From a cyanobacterium endosymbiont of Rhopalodia gibba (GTDB lineage Bacteria > Cyanobacteriota > Cyanobacteriia > Cyanobacteriales > Microcystaceae): 64,000 nt of DNA. This document shows, in pieces, positions 11,104-22,254 of the stretch (position 1 is its first letter; each line of letters begins with the position of its first letter). Location: assembly GCA_045159875.1 (NCBI GenBank), contig CP067995.1, forward strand, positions 160,001-224,000, written 5' to 3'. The position numbers and the translations under genes were made by a program. The notes beneath the pieces were generated by a model. That model was not told the origin of the DNA. It worked only from the letters and a program-made list of their open reading frames with translations, and ran no database searches.

Positions 11104-12357
11104 ATGAAAGACTGGGATTTTAGTGTACCTTCATCTTCTAACTTAGGAGATCATGATGTTCCTCTGGTGGGAAATAATCTCCTCGGACAAAATATTGCCT
11201 TATTGATTACTGGTGGAATAGCTGCTATGAAAACCCCTTTGATTGCACGTGCTTTGCGTCGAGAAGGGGCTAATGTTTCGGCTTTTGTCTCCAAAGAAGC
11301 AACTCGATATGTTACCTTGGATGCTCTAGAGTGGAGCACTAATAACCCCATTGTTACTCAATTAACATCAGTTGCTGAACATTTAAGTGATCGCGCTCCC
11401 TTTGCCGCTTATCTTGTAGCTCCTGCTACCTATAATACTATTAATAAAATGCGTTACGGTATTGCCGATGGGGTGATTACCTCTACCTTAGCATCTGCTT
11501 TAGGACGCATGGAACAAGGAAAAACTAAAATCATGATTGTTCCCACTATGCACGGTAGTTTACACAACTCTATTTTAACAGAATCTTTAAAATTTTTATA
11601 TAATTTAGGGGTAAAAATTATGCCGCCCAGGCAGAATTATGGTAAAAATAATATACCCGATGAACGAAATATTGTAGTAGAAGTTTGCCGTCTAATTAAT
11701 AATTCTCCTTTAAAAAATATCCCTATCTTAGTTACAGGTGGACCGACACCAGTTCCCATTGACAATATCCGTCGTTTAACTAATCATTTTACGGGACAGT
11801 TAGGTGCAACAATTGCTAAAGAATTATATTTGAAAGGGGCAGATATAACTCTAATTCATGGAGAGAGCTCTTACACTCCCCCTGATTACTTGCCATATCA
11901 AATTGCTAAAACTTATCAAGACTATTTAGAATTAGTTATAAAAAAGTTAAGCAATAAAAACTATATCTTTGGAATTTTTTCGGCAGCAGTTGCTGACTAT
12001 CAACCGAAAAAAATTATGCCTGGCAAAATTCCTAGTAAGGAAAAGTTAAAAAGTATTAAGCTGATTCCGACCATCAAAGTAATTGAAGAAGTTAGAAGAA
12101 AGTTTCCTGATCTCTATATGGTGACATTTAAATATCAAGAACAAGTGAGTCATGAAACTTTAATAGAACTTGCTAGTGCTAGAATTAAAAAAGGGTATCA
12201 GGTTGTGATTGCTAACCGAGGAGAAGAAATGGGAGGTCAACAGGGGCATATTGCTTATTTAGTTACTCAAAATGAGTTACCTCAAAAAATGATAGGAAAA
12301 AAAAGAATAGCCACAAAAATTGTCGAACATTTGGAGAATGTTTGTAAATTAACATAG
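11104..12357 (+). CDS. coaBC: Bifunctional phosphopantothenoylcysteine decarboxylase/synthetase-like protein (atypical CoaBC/Dfp)
   Basis: N-terminal flavoprotein domain ('ITGGIAAMK', 'LVAPATYNTINK') plus CoaB domain ('LVTGGPT..PIDNIRRLTN.FTG.LG', 'SAAVADY', 'VTFKY', 'VIAN'). Confidence 0.85.
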   Translation: MKDWDFSVPSSSNLGDHDVPLVGNNLLGQNIALLITGGIAAMKTPLIARALRREGANVSAFVSKEATRYVTLDALEWSTNNPIVTQLTSVAEHLSDRAPFAAYLVAPATYNTINKMRYGIADGVITSTLASALGRMEQGKTKIMIVPTMHGSLHNSILTESLKFLYNLGVKIMPPRQNYGKNNIPDERNIVVEVCRLINNSPLKNIPILVTGGPTPVPIDNIRRLTNHFTGQLGATIAKELYLKGADITLIHGESSYTPPDYLPYQIAKTYQDYLELVIKKLSNKNYIFGIFSAAVADYQPKKIMPGKIPSKEKLKSIKLIPTIKVIEEVRRKFPDLYMVTFKYQEQVSHETLIELASARIKKGYQVVIANRGEEMGGQQGHIAYLVTQNELPQKMIGKKRIATKIVEHLENVCKLT

Positions 12358-13366
12358 AAAGAATTAGAGATTAAACTCTTAAAAAGAACTAGTCTCTCTT
12401 ATATATTAATAAGAATATTCATGAGTATTACCTTAATTTTAGTTAAATTAAAATAGTAAAAGATGTAGATAATAAATTACAAAAAATTAGAAATTTGTTA
12501 TGATACTTGAATCAATAAGTTAAATAAATTTATTTTTTTAGAGAGGGCCTATTCTGTCATAATAATAGAAATAAAAAATGTAAATTAGTTAATGGAGAAT
12601 TAAAACTGAAACATCCTGCTAGTAATTTTTACTTACCTTTTTTATAAAGTAGAAATTGATCGAATTCAACAGTAATAGTAAGTAATTTCTAGTCTTATAG
12701 ATATGAGAAATACTGAGAGTAGACTAAGAATTTGTAATGTATTTTTTTTATAGAAAAATTGATATTAAAAAAATTTAAAAATATACACTGTAAGTTTATA
12801 ATTGCCTGACTTCTTAACGGTAAAAATTATTAGTATAGGGAATACCGAACGATAATTATTTTTATAAGTGTCCTGAGTATGTAATGATTGGAGATTATGA
12901 ATATTTAATTATTGAGTTATGAATCAAAAAATAGTATTATCGTTAATTTTTTTTATTTTATAAAGTTTTTGTAAAGCTACATGCTCTAAAGAAACCCTTT
13001 GTTATTATCAATAACAAAATAAATTTTTTAGTCGATTGATATTGAATAACTATATACTTACAGACCTTTTTATATGTCTGCAGAATAAAATAATAGGGTA
13101 AGATTAGAGGCTAACTATCTAAATTTTGCTTTCCCTTACTTAAGATTAATTTCAATGTATTTCAGAAGAAAGTATATTACCTATTTCCAGTAAGATTTCC
13201 TGATTTGTGACAAAACTTTGTTAGTCTAAATTTCATGAGTAAGTTCAATAGCTTACACATAATTTTGATCAATCACAGAAGATAAAGCTATCATGAAAGA
13301 AGTGTTTAAAAAAAACTTAGTCATTACCAGAAATAGTTTCTCAATACAAATATTGGTCAGTTTTTT

Positions 13367-13402
13367 CTAACTAATCTAACTAATTTAACTAATCTAGCTA
13401 AT
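13367..13402. repeat. Four imperfect tandem 9-mers (ctaactaat)
   Basis: ctaactaat-ctaactaat-ttaactaat-ctagctaat. Confidence 0.8.
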
Positions 13403-13697
13403 CTAGGTCACAGTGGAACTTCAAGGACTCAGTATTCTTTAGAAACTTTTTAGGTTGTTATACTTCATTAGGCAGAATATTTTTAACGATTAAAGCCGTA
13501 TTGAGAAGATTTCTATCATTAGCGGAGTTGCTCGGCAAGTTTTCCTGCTCGAACCATATAGCTGATAATCTACAATTACGCGGTACCATGCGTTAAGTCA
13601 TAGGTATCGAATCAATTAGGTCGCTGAGCCTCTACAACATAGGAGATAAATACTGAAAATTAGGAATGATACATGTATAACAGATTGCCTTACTCTA

Positions 13698-14531
13698 TCA
13701 TCCTTTAACCCCACTTCCTATATCAGTGGGAATAATGTATTTTTGCAAAAACACAAATAATAATAAGGCTGGGGCAATAGAAATGATTGAACCGGCTGCA
13801 ATTAACCGCCAGTCGAGATCTAAAGCACTGGCTAACTTAGCAACGCCCAAAGGGAGAGTATAATGTTCAGGGCGATCAAGAATAATTAATGGCCATAAAA
13901 AGTCACTCCAAGCCCCAATAAAGACAAAAATAGCTAAAGTAACTAAAGCTGGACGTACCGCAGCAATCATAATATGCCACCAAATGTCCAATTCTGAACA
14001 ACCATCAATACGGGCAGCTTCTTCTAATTCTTTGGGGACTCCTTGAAATGCTTGACGTAATAGAAAAATACCAAATGCTGAGGCTAAATTTGGAAAAATA
14101 ATTCCAAGATAAGTGTTACGAAGTCCCAATTGTACTGTCAGGATATACAAAGGAATCATCACAATTTGGAAGGGAATCATAATGGTGGCTACAATGACGA
14201 CAAATAAAAGATCTCGTCCTCGAAAATCTAGTCTAGCGAGGGGATAAGCAGCCAGAGAACAAAATAATAGGTTTAAGCTAACGGTTAAAATCGCAACCAC
14301 AATACTGTTAAATAAATAGCGTCCAAAAGGATAAGTTTGCCAAACTGATAGAAAATTATCCCAGCTGGGGTTTTGGGGAAGCAATTGCCAGGAAACGGTA
14401 AAAATATCTTCTGCGGGAGATTTGAATGCAGTACTAAATAACCAGAAGAGAGGAAAAAGCATTCCTAGGGCGATAAGAGTTAAAAGTAAGTAGCGAATAC
14501 CAGTTTTACTTAGAGATTTACAATTTACCAT
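13698..14531 (-). CDS. Carbohydrate ABC transporter permease (MalG/LacG type)
   Basis: EAA loop 'PKELEEAARIDGCS', 'GRYLFNS', 'WSDFLWPLI'. Confidence 0.93.
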   Translation of the reverse strand: MVNCKSLSKTGIRYLLLTLIALGMLFPLFWLFSTAFKSPAEDIFTVSWQLLPQNPSWDNFLSVWQTYPFGRYLFNSIVVAILTVSLNLLFCSLAAYPLARLDFRGRDLLFVVIVATIMIPFQIVMIPLYILTVQLGLRNTYLGIIFPNLASAFGIFLLRQAFQGVPKELEEAARIDGCSELDIWWHIMIAAVRPALVTLAIFVFIGAWSDFLWPLIILDRPEHYTLPLGVAKLASALDLDWRLIAAGSIISIAPALLLFVFLQKYIIPTDIGSGVKG

Positions 14532-14786
14532 TGATGGAAAATTAACGAGTTTCAGTAGGTGTTGGACTTTTTTGGAAATTAGTATCAGGCTGTATGGGCA
14601 ATATTTTAGCTAAAATAGTGTATTATGATCCAGCTTTATAGTCAGTCTTTTAGGCCTGAAGCAGTAACTGTGGACTTAATATATAAACTAAGATATTTGG
14701 TTCCAAAACTTAAATGGCAATACTATATTTTTACTTTTTATTATAAATACTTTACTTTTTTATCGAACTTTTTTTAGAAAAAAGGA

Positions 14787-16646
14787 GTGTTCATATTGTC
14801 CCCAGTTGTACCCTTACTATCAAATAATGATATCTTAGAAACTCGTTTGAAGGAACTTCCTTCTGAACCAGGGATCTATCTAATGCGTAATGGAGAGGGA
14901 GATATTCTTTATATTGGAAAGTCAAAAAAACTGCGATCACGGGTTCGTTCCTATTTCCAAAAATCCCAATCCCACATTCCTCGCATTGCTTTGATGCTTC
15001 AACAAGTTACCGATATTGAGTTTATTGTTACTGATACAGAAGCTGAAGCATTAGCTTTAGAAGCAAACCTGATCAAACAACATCAACCATATTTCAATGT
15101 TCTCCTTAAAGATGACAAGAAATATCCTTACGTTTGCATTACTTGGTCGGAGGAATATCCCCGTATTTTTATTACTCGTAAACGACGATTAAACAAGGAA
15201 CGTGATCGCTATTATGGTCCTTATGTAGACACTTATTTATTAAGATATACCTTACGGTTAGTTAAACAAGTTTTTCCCTTACGTCAGCGTCCCAAACCTC
15301 TTTTTAAAGATCGTCCTTGTCTTAACTATGAACTTGGAAAATGTCCCGGGGTTTGTCAAGGATTAGTTTCTACTGAAGATTACAATAAAATTGTGGAAAA
15401 GATAGCGATGATTTTTCAGGGGAGAACTGCAGAATTAATAGCAATTCTTAAATACCAAATGGAAAAAGAAGTAGTTAAATTAAACTTCGAAAAAGCTGCT
15501 TCTATTCGGGATCAACTTAAAGCAATAAATACATTAACAGTAGATCAAAAAGTTTCATTACCTGATGATACTATCTCACGAGATGCTATTGCTTTGTCCA
15601 GCGATGCTAAATATTGTTGTATTCAATTATTCCAAATTCGTGCTGGTCGTTTAGTAGGAAGGTTAGGTTTTTTTACAGATGCTGATTCAGGAATTCCTGG
15701 AGCAATTTTACAACGGGTTTGTGAAGAACATTACCTGCAAGCGGATGGGGTAGAAATCCCTACTGAAATTATTGTTCAATATAAGTTGCCAGAAATGGAG
15801 ATTTTGGAAAAATGGTTAAGTAAACGCAAGGGGAAAAAAGTATCTATTATTGTTCCTCAACGGCAATTAAAAGCCCAATTGATTGATATGGTAGAACGAA
15901 ATGCAAACTATGAGTTAGAACGGACTCAACGAACAGTAGAACAAAATTTAACGGCAATGGAAGATCTCACGCAAGTGTTAGGTTTACCAGAGTTACCACG
16001 ACGTATTGAAGGTTATGATATTTCCCATATTCAAGGGGCAAATGCGGTTGCTTCACAAGTAGTTTTTATTGATGGAATTCCTGCCAAACAACATTATCGG
16101 CATTTTAAAATCAAAAGTCCTACGGTAAAAATTGGTCATTCTGATGATTTTGCTAGTATGGCTGAAGTTATTTGTCGCCGCTTTCGTAATTATCAATCTG
16201 ACAGTGAAGATCGTCCCAATATAATTATGATTGATGGAGGAAAAGGCCAACTTTCAGCTGTTGTAACTGTGTTAGAAGAATTAAACTTAATGGAAGAATT
16301 TAAGGTAGTAAGTTTAGCTAAACAAAAAGAAGAAATTTTTCTTCCTAGGGAGTCTAAACCATTAACAACTAACTCGGAACAACCTGGAGTTCTCTTGTTA
16401 AGAAGAGTACGGGATGAAGCTCACCGTTTTGCTGTTAGTTTTCATCGTCAACAAAGGCTAAAAAAAAGTCTGCGATCACGATTAGATGAAATTCCAGGGT
16501 TAGGATTTGAACGTCAAAAACATTTGTTAGCCTATTTTCATTCTATTGATTATATTCGGGAAGCTTCTATAGAAGAATTACAACAAGTTCCCGGTGTTGG
16601 TAAAGCTTTAGCTAAGGAAATCTATAATTATTTTCATCCCCATTAA
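14787..16646 (+). CDS. uvrC: Excinuclease ABC subunit C
   Basis: GIY-YIG 'PGIYLM...[16 protein letters not shown]', 'RIEGYDISH', 'IDGGKGQL', 'RDEAHRFA', C-terminal HhH motifs. Confidence 0.99.
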   Translation: MFILSPVVPLLSNNDILETRLKELPSEPGIYLMRNGEGDILYIGKSKKLRSRVRSYFQKSQSHIPRIALMLQQVTDIEFIVTDTEAEALALEANLIKQHQPYFNVLLKDDKKYPYVCITWSEEYPRIFITRKRRLNKERDRYYGPYVDTYLLRYTLRLVKQVFPLRQRPKPLFKDRPCLNYELGKCPGVCQGLVSTEDYNKIVEKIAMIFQGRTAELIAILKYQMEKEVVKLNFEKAASIRDQLKAINTLTVDQKVSLPDDTISRDAIALSSDAKYCCIQLFQIRAGRLVGRLGFFTDADSGIPGAILQRVCEEHYLQADGVEIPTEIIVQYKLPEMEILEKWLSKRKGKKVSIIVPQRQLKAQLIDMVERNANYELERTQRTVEQNLTAMEDLTQVLGLPELPRRIEGYDISHIQGANAVASQVVFIDGIPAKQHYRHFKIKSPTVKIGHSDDFASMAEVICRRFRNYQSDSEDRPNIIMIDGGKGQLSAVVTVLEELNLMEEFKVVSLAKQKEEIFLPRESKPLTTNSEQPGVLLLRRVRDEAHRFAVSFHRQQRLKKSLRSRLDEIPGLGFERQKHLLAYFHSIDYIREASIEELQQVPGVGKALAKEIYNYFHPH

Positions 16647-17132
16647 CTTTACTTTTTATATACTGCTCCATCCCAACGAAAAAAAAGCAACACGCCATAG
16701 ACATCAACATTTATTTTTTCACTAATAGAGTTCTCCTATGTATAAAAAAGGGGTGATGCTAAATAGGTAAGTATAAAAACCATTTTAGGATTTTTGTATT
16801 TTGCTGGGGCTTTCGAATTTTTCTTTTGAGAGATAGAGCGATTATTCAGCAAGACAAAGCCAGTGATTTTATTCTTCAATAGCTCATTTTCTCACAGAAG
16901 ATAGAGCTAAATACTATACACAAGCATCAGCAATCATTGCAATAACTCAGGATTATTTTCAATAAACTACTGTGATTAATGATTAGATTAGTAATAAAAA
17001 CGATCATCATGCAAAGATGATATCACAATAAAAATCTTAGTAATATAGAGTGCGAGTAGTGACATAATCAAGAACATCAAGTTTGTTAGGCGAAAGCTCA
17101 AGGTCTTCCGTTCCCGACAGTCTTGGCTTATT

Positions 17133-17702
17133 TTGTTAACCTCGATGGGGTTTATAACCTGTTTAGCTTTTGAAGGATTAAGACAGTCTCCATTACAAGC
17201 ACAATATGTTTCAACAGTCACTTCTAGAAATATTTGGCAATATACCTCATTTCCAGTAGAAAACTTTCAAACATACACCTCTAAATATGGTTGTCGTACA
17301 TCTCCAATTACTGGAGAAACTCAATTTCATCGAGGGTTAGATATGGCTGCCTCCTTGGGTAGTTATGTGCGAAATTGGTGGGTAGGTCGAGTGATAAGTT
17401 TATCCGATCATACTGCTTGTGGAACAATGATTAAAATTCAATTAGGACAGTGGCAACATATTTACTGCCATTTGATGGGAGCAGTCGAAAACACTCCTCA
17501 GGGAGGTTATTTGATAGATCGAGATGGGGGAATTATCGTTTGGCAAGCTCAAGAAATTCCAGCAGGGGTAAGAATTGGTCGTGTTGGGATTACTGGCAGA
17601 ACTACTGGTTCTCATTTACATTGGGGATTAAAATATGGAGATCAATATATTAAGCCTGGGTTAGTAATTAAGGAGATGTTCTGCTATCAACTATCTTCTT
17701 GA
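17133..17702 (+). CDS. M23 family metallopeptidase (start uncertain)
   Basis: HxxxD 'FHRGLDMA', 'HIYCHL', HxH 'TGRTTGSHLHWGLK'. Confidence 0.85.
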   Translation: MLTSMGFITCLAFEGLRQSPLQAQYVSTVTSRNIWQYTSFPVENFQTYTSKYGCRTSPITGETQFHRGLDMAASLGSYVRNWWVGRVISLSDHTACGTMIKIQLGQWQHIYCHLMGAVENTPQGGYLIDRDGGIIVWQAQEIPAGVRIGRVGITGRTTGSHLHWGLKYGDQYIKPGLVIKEMFCYQLSS

Positions 17703-18281
17703 AGTCGACAGTAATAGTTCGGGTTTATCTGTGATCACAAACCAGTAAACTGCTGATGTAAACATATCTACTGCTAACTGCTGTTGTTCAAATTTCTATC
17801 AGTATCCAGATTTATGTTTGGAATAGTTTGTTAGTTTCTGTCATCTTCTTTTCAATAGAACTTATTTTTTTGTATGCTAAATTATCGTTAATATTTTCAG
17901 ATTAACTCTGAATTAGTTAAATCACTATTATCAATGCTTGAATTATAGTTTTTATATTTTTAAAATACATATTAGATTCTAATTTATTGAAATATTTTTT
18001 GTTAAGAACAACTAGTATATCAGTTATAAAAAAGTGTAGTGGCTATCATAAAAAATGAATTAATATCTACATTTATAGATAAAATTCTCTCAAGATTATT
18101 TATTTATTTTTATTTTTAAAATTTAAGTATTAAGGGGTTAGTCTTCTTTTTTTAGCATCTAATAGTTATTTTTTTATCAATTTACATATCTATATAATGT
18201 TTTTGTTGAGAAGATTTAATTAACACCTTTAAGATTTAAGTTAAGATATAATCAAAACTCTAGAATACCTAATCATTAGGA

Positions 18282-18977
18282 TTATATAATCCTACCATAA
18301 CGAGCTGTAGACTCACCTTTTTGCCAAGCCCACATTTGATCCCCTAAAGAAAAATGCCACCATTCCCTAGGATGACGACAAAATCCTGCTTGACTCATAA
18401 TATTATTTAAAATTTCTCGTCGCTGATGATAGGTTCTTTCTGTTTTAGAATTATTATTAATATAATAATTAGGGTGTGAGCGCTCTGAAAGTTCATCAAT
18501 CTCTCCCCCCATATTGAGAGAATTTTCTTGATTATTAACTAAGGTAATATCAATAGCAGCCCCGGTACTATGGGGAGGAGGAGTCGCGCGGTCATCACTG
18601 GGAATTGCCCAAATTTGATATACTTTTTCCCAGATAGTTTGTTGTTGTTGAAGGGTTAAGTTTTCTAGAATTAACTTTTGTTCTTTAATAACTAGATTAA
18701 AGGTATAATCGACCATAAATTGTTGCACTTGTACAGGTCGATAGGCATCAAAAATTTGTATGTTCCATCTTGGATATTCTTGATGTAAATAACTTTGAGC
18801 ATTTAACAAAGCATCCAAAACCCCTTGACGTAAATAATAGGGAGATTTTTCTTTATAAATTGCTCCTAATTTTTTATAGGGATGGGGTGATTCTATAGAA
18901 AATTTTTCAAGGGGAATAGTAACTAACGGTTCCCCGCAATCTTGTATGGGAATGCTATGATAAGGCTTAATATTCAC
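18282..18977 (-). CDS. ddpX: D-Ala-D-Ala dipeptidase (M15D, VanX/DdpX family)
   Basis: 'IFDAYRP', 'PPHSTGAAIDITL', 'EWWHFS'. GTG start. Confidence 0.92.
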   Translation of the reverse strand: MNIKPYHSIPIQDCGEPLVTIPLEKFSIESPHPYKKLGAIYKEKSPYYLRQGVLDALLNAQSYLHQEYPRWNIQIFDAYRPVQVQQFMVDYTFNLVIKEQKLILENLTLQQQQTIWEKVYQIWAIPSDDRATPPPHSTGAAIDITLVNNQENSLNMGGEIDELSERSHPNYYINNNSKTERTYHQRREILNNIMSQAGFCRHPREWWHFSLGDQMWAWQKGESTARYGRII

Positions 18978-19276
18978 TGATTTACTATTAGTAACTGGTA
19001 AGAAATAAGCGAAGACAAAGAAAGTTTAAAATAAAACACCGTGACTTCACTGTGTAATCTCGTTAAATACTATCGCAAATCGAGAATTATTGCTATTTTC
19101 AGGATTACAGCTTCTAGTCTATTTGAGATAATAGACTTAGTGTTTCTTTATCTAATCGAGTAAATCATTAATAATATATCTAATTAACCCTTATATATAC
19201 CTTTACAGAAGTTAATTTAATATCTCTCTATTATTTCTGATTTTTTTATTAGTTAGGGTTTTTATTCCTTTTAAAG

Positions 19277-19323
19277 ATAACTAACTTAAAGTTAAATTTA
19301 ATATTTAACTTTAAGTTAGTTAT
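19277..19323. repeat. Perfect 21-bp inverted repeat, 5-nt loop
   Basis: ataactaacttaaagttaaat-ttaat-atttaactttaagttagttat. Confidence 0.9.
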
Positions 19324-19886
19324 TGATATAATTAGGTGATTTATTTATGAGTATATTATTTTAAGTTATTGCTGAAAATTTAATACTTCCTCTATCTTTT
19401 TTTAAAGATAATAATTTAGTTAGCAATTCTACCTGAATTTTTAAAAAAATCAGTAATTATACATGGACTTATCCAGAGCTAATTTTTTCAGTGTCTTTTT
19501 TGCTAATTTTAATTTTCAGCTTAAAGTAGCTTAAATATTAAATTAATATGGCGTTCGAGAAGTATATATAATGTTTCTTGTTTAAGATAACCATTGTGGA
19601 GATAGGAAGTCATAAAGCGTTATTAAATCATAAAATAATCGATCATCATCTTCATCATTTATAAGAAGCAAAATAACTTTTATCGGATAGAAATTACTAT
19701 ACTTTAATATTTTAAAACTTAAATTATACTGATTTCGTCCCCAATAACCTATAGTTGGTTATAATTAAACTAAATTAAACAGTCAGTTAATTATATTTGA
19801 TTTGTATTTAACCTTTAAGAGAGTTGATGATTGTCAATTCAGTTTTCGATAACTAATAAAAAATCTGTAATTACTGGTTAATATCT

Positions 19887-21254
19887 ATGAATTCTGTTTG
19901 GAATAAATTTACTCTTTCCTATTTCTCTCCATATCAATGGCTTAGTGGCAGTTATTTATATCGTACTGTCGGTTTACTGAGTCAATGGCAACAGGGAAGT
20001 TTCCTTTTAAAATGGGGAGAGCCTCTTGGTGCATTACTGATTAGTATTGTCTTTGTTTTTGGACCTTTTATTACCACTGGTCTAATTGGGGTTTGGTTAA
20101 TAGCTTTAGCTGGGTATTGGGGAATATTAACCATATCTGATCAGGGACCCCCAGGAGTTACTCCTATTCATCTGATGGTAATGTTGTATTGGGTAATTGC
20201 TGCTATTGCAGTAGTATTTTCTCCCGTAAAAGCAACTGCATTGTCAGGGTTAATTAAGTTAAGTTTGTATATTTTCTTTTTTGGGATATGTGCGCGAATT
20301 TTACGATCATCTCGTCTTACTAACTGGCTGATTACTGTTGTTATACTAATTGGCTTAGTGGTCAGTTCCTATGGAGTCAGACAAAATCTTTTTGGAGTTG
20401 AACAGTTAGCTACCTGGAATGATCCTACCTCTAAATTAGCGCAAGCAACTCGTGTTTATAGTTATTTAGGTAATCCTAATTTACTTTCTGCTTATTTATT
20501 TCCGGCAATCGCCTTGAGTATTGGGGCAGTTTTTGTCTGGCGAGGTTGGTTGCCGAAAACTCTAGCAGTTACCATGGTTTTAACTGATTCTGCTTGTCTA
20601 TATTTTACAGGCAGCAGAGGCGGATGGATTGGCATGATAGCCTTGTTAGTCGTCTTTATGTTATTGCTTTTCCTCTGGTTCTGGGAATTTTTGCCTAATT
20701 TTTGGCAAAAATGGTTATTAACTCTAGTATTAGGAGGGTTTACAGGATTTATCTTGGTTGCGGTGATAACGATAGAACCTTTACGGTTACGAGTTATGAG
20801 TATTTTCGCTGGACGTGAAGACAGTAGTAATAATTTTCGGATGAACGTCTGGATGAGAGTGATCGATATGATAAAAGATTATCCCCTAACGGGTATTGGT
20901 CCAGGAAATGGGGCTTTTAATATTGTTTATCCTCGTTATATGAGTCCTAAATATAGTGCTTTAAGTGCCTATTCTATCTTCCTGGAAACAGCAGTGGAAA
21001 TGGGATTAATTGGCTTAGGAATTTTTCTTTGGTTAATTGTGGTTATCCTTAATCAAGGGGTTCAACAAATGCAACGGTTACGTTTAGGATACAATACCCA
21101 AGGCTTTTGGTTAATAGCGTCGACCGCGGCCATGGCTGGTCTTTTGGTTCAAGGGTTAGTCGACACAGTTTGGTATCGTCCTCAAGTTAATACTTTGTGG
21201 TGGTTTGTCGTGGCTTTGATCGCTAGTAAGTATCAATTTACGACAAAAGAATAA
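19887..21254 (+). CDS. ictB: IctB family membrane protein (O-antigen ligase/Wzy_C-like; historically 'bicarbonate transporter')
   Basis: 'QLATWNDP', 'RVYSYLGNPNLL', 'REDSSNNFRMNVW', 'DTVWYRPQV'. Confidence 0.92.
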   Translation: MNSVWNKFTLSYFSPYQWLSGSYLYRTVGLLSQWQQGSFLLKWGEPLGALLISIVFVFGPFITTGLIGVWLIALAGYWGILTISDQGPPGVTPIHLMVMLYWVIAAIAVVFSPVKATALSGLIKLSLYIFFFGICARILRSSRLTNWLITVVILIGLVVSSYGVRQNLFGVEQLATWNDPTSKLAQATRVYSYLGNPNLLSAYLFPAIALSIGAVFVWRGWLPKTLAVTMVLTDSACLYFTGSRGGWIGMIALLVVFMLLLFLWFWEFLPNFWQKWLLTLVLGGFTGFILVAVITIEPLRLRVMSIFAGREDSSNNFRMNVWMRVIDMIKDYPLTGIGPGNGAFNIVYPRYMSPKYSALSAYSIFLETAVEMGLIGLGIFLWLIVVILNQGVQQMQRLRLGYNTQGFWLIASTAAMAGLLVQGLVDTVWYRPQVNTLWWFVVALIASKYQFTTKE

Positions 21255-22254
21255 ACAATAAAATGATTTTTCTTAAATTATTTTATTGCTGTTTATCTAG
21301 TAAACACCTACCTATGGGACACTTACTACTATTCAAAAAGTTTTTTTAACTCGCAAACACCGACTGTAAAGGATATCTAGGATGTTTATAGCCAAGTCAG
21401 TATAATTTTTTTTCAACGTTCTGATAAATTAGAAATGTCATGTTTGTTATCAGCAAAAATTAATTTTAAAACAAATTTATAAACGTTTTAAAAACTATTA
21501 AAAGCACCACTTATGCTTTTATATTAACACTCCCCATATATGTTTATTTTTTAGTTAACAAACTCCTTTGAGGTTTCTGAATTCTTGACAAGAGATCTTT
21601 CTACTTCTGAACCATTTTGTTCCGGGCGTGATTCGATAGTTTTTATAACTGCTGTCGCTCATTCATGTTTATCTTTCAAGATCCTATCGGTTAATTCATC
21701 ATTCGTTTTTAATACTGTTCGATTTCGTGGAATAAGAATATAAATATTTTTTCTGAGTCTGCTCAACTCTTTTTAGCTCCCTTCGTTCAGATAAGCTACA
21801 AGTGATAGCTTACGCTAGATTAAAGCTTTTTTAAACAAATTTATTCTACAGCTTTGCGGAGTATTCTATAATACTATCAATCCAAATTGATGCCATGGAT
21901 GAATTGTTGTACAGACTGTTCTTAGTATAGATAGCAGTCTTCCCGATTAAATAATGTTCTTCTCTATTCTGACTTTGGAAATATTTTTAAAGAAAAAGAC
22001 GACATTAACTAACTAGAGTTTTTATGGCTAACTCTGTTAAAATACTTTAGGAGCTGTCTGTGGTAATCGTTTTTAACGCTGTAACATACGTTAGCATAGT
22101 GCTACGTATTTATGTATAACTACTTAGGCGAAACAATTTCATTCAAGCAGTCCAGAAATGAAAAGGTTAATCACCTTCCTTTCACCAGAAAATTTGGGTA
22201 AAAGCTCTGTCGTAGAACGATAGCTTTACGTTATAATGTTAAATGGAATAACAC

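Noticed and set aside
21290..22100. Moderately GC-containing spacer with partial reading frames on the minus strand
   Set aside because: Likely a pseudogene, but I could not identify a family.
22040..22254. Possible TPP riboswitch upstream of thiO-thiG
   Set aside because: No CTGAGA / ACCTGA core motifs; only a small imperfect hairpin.
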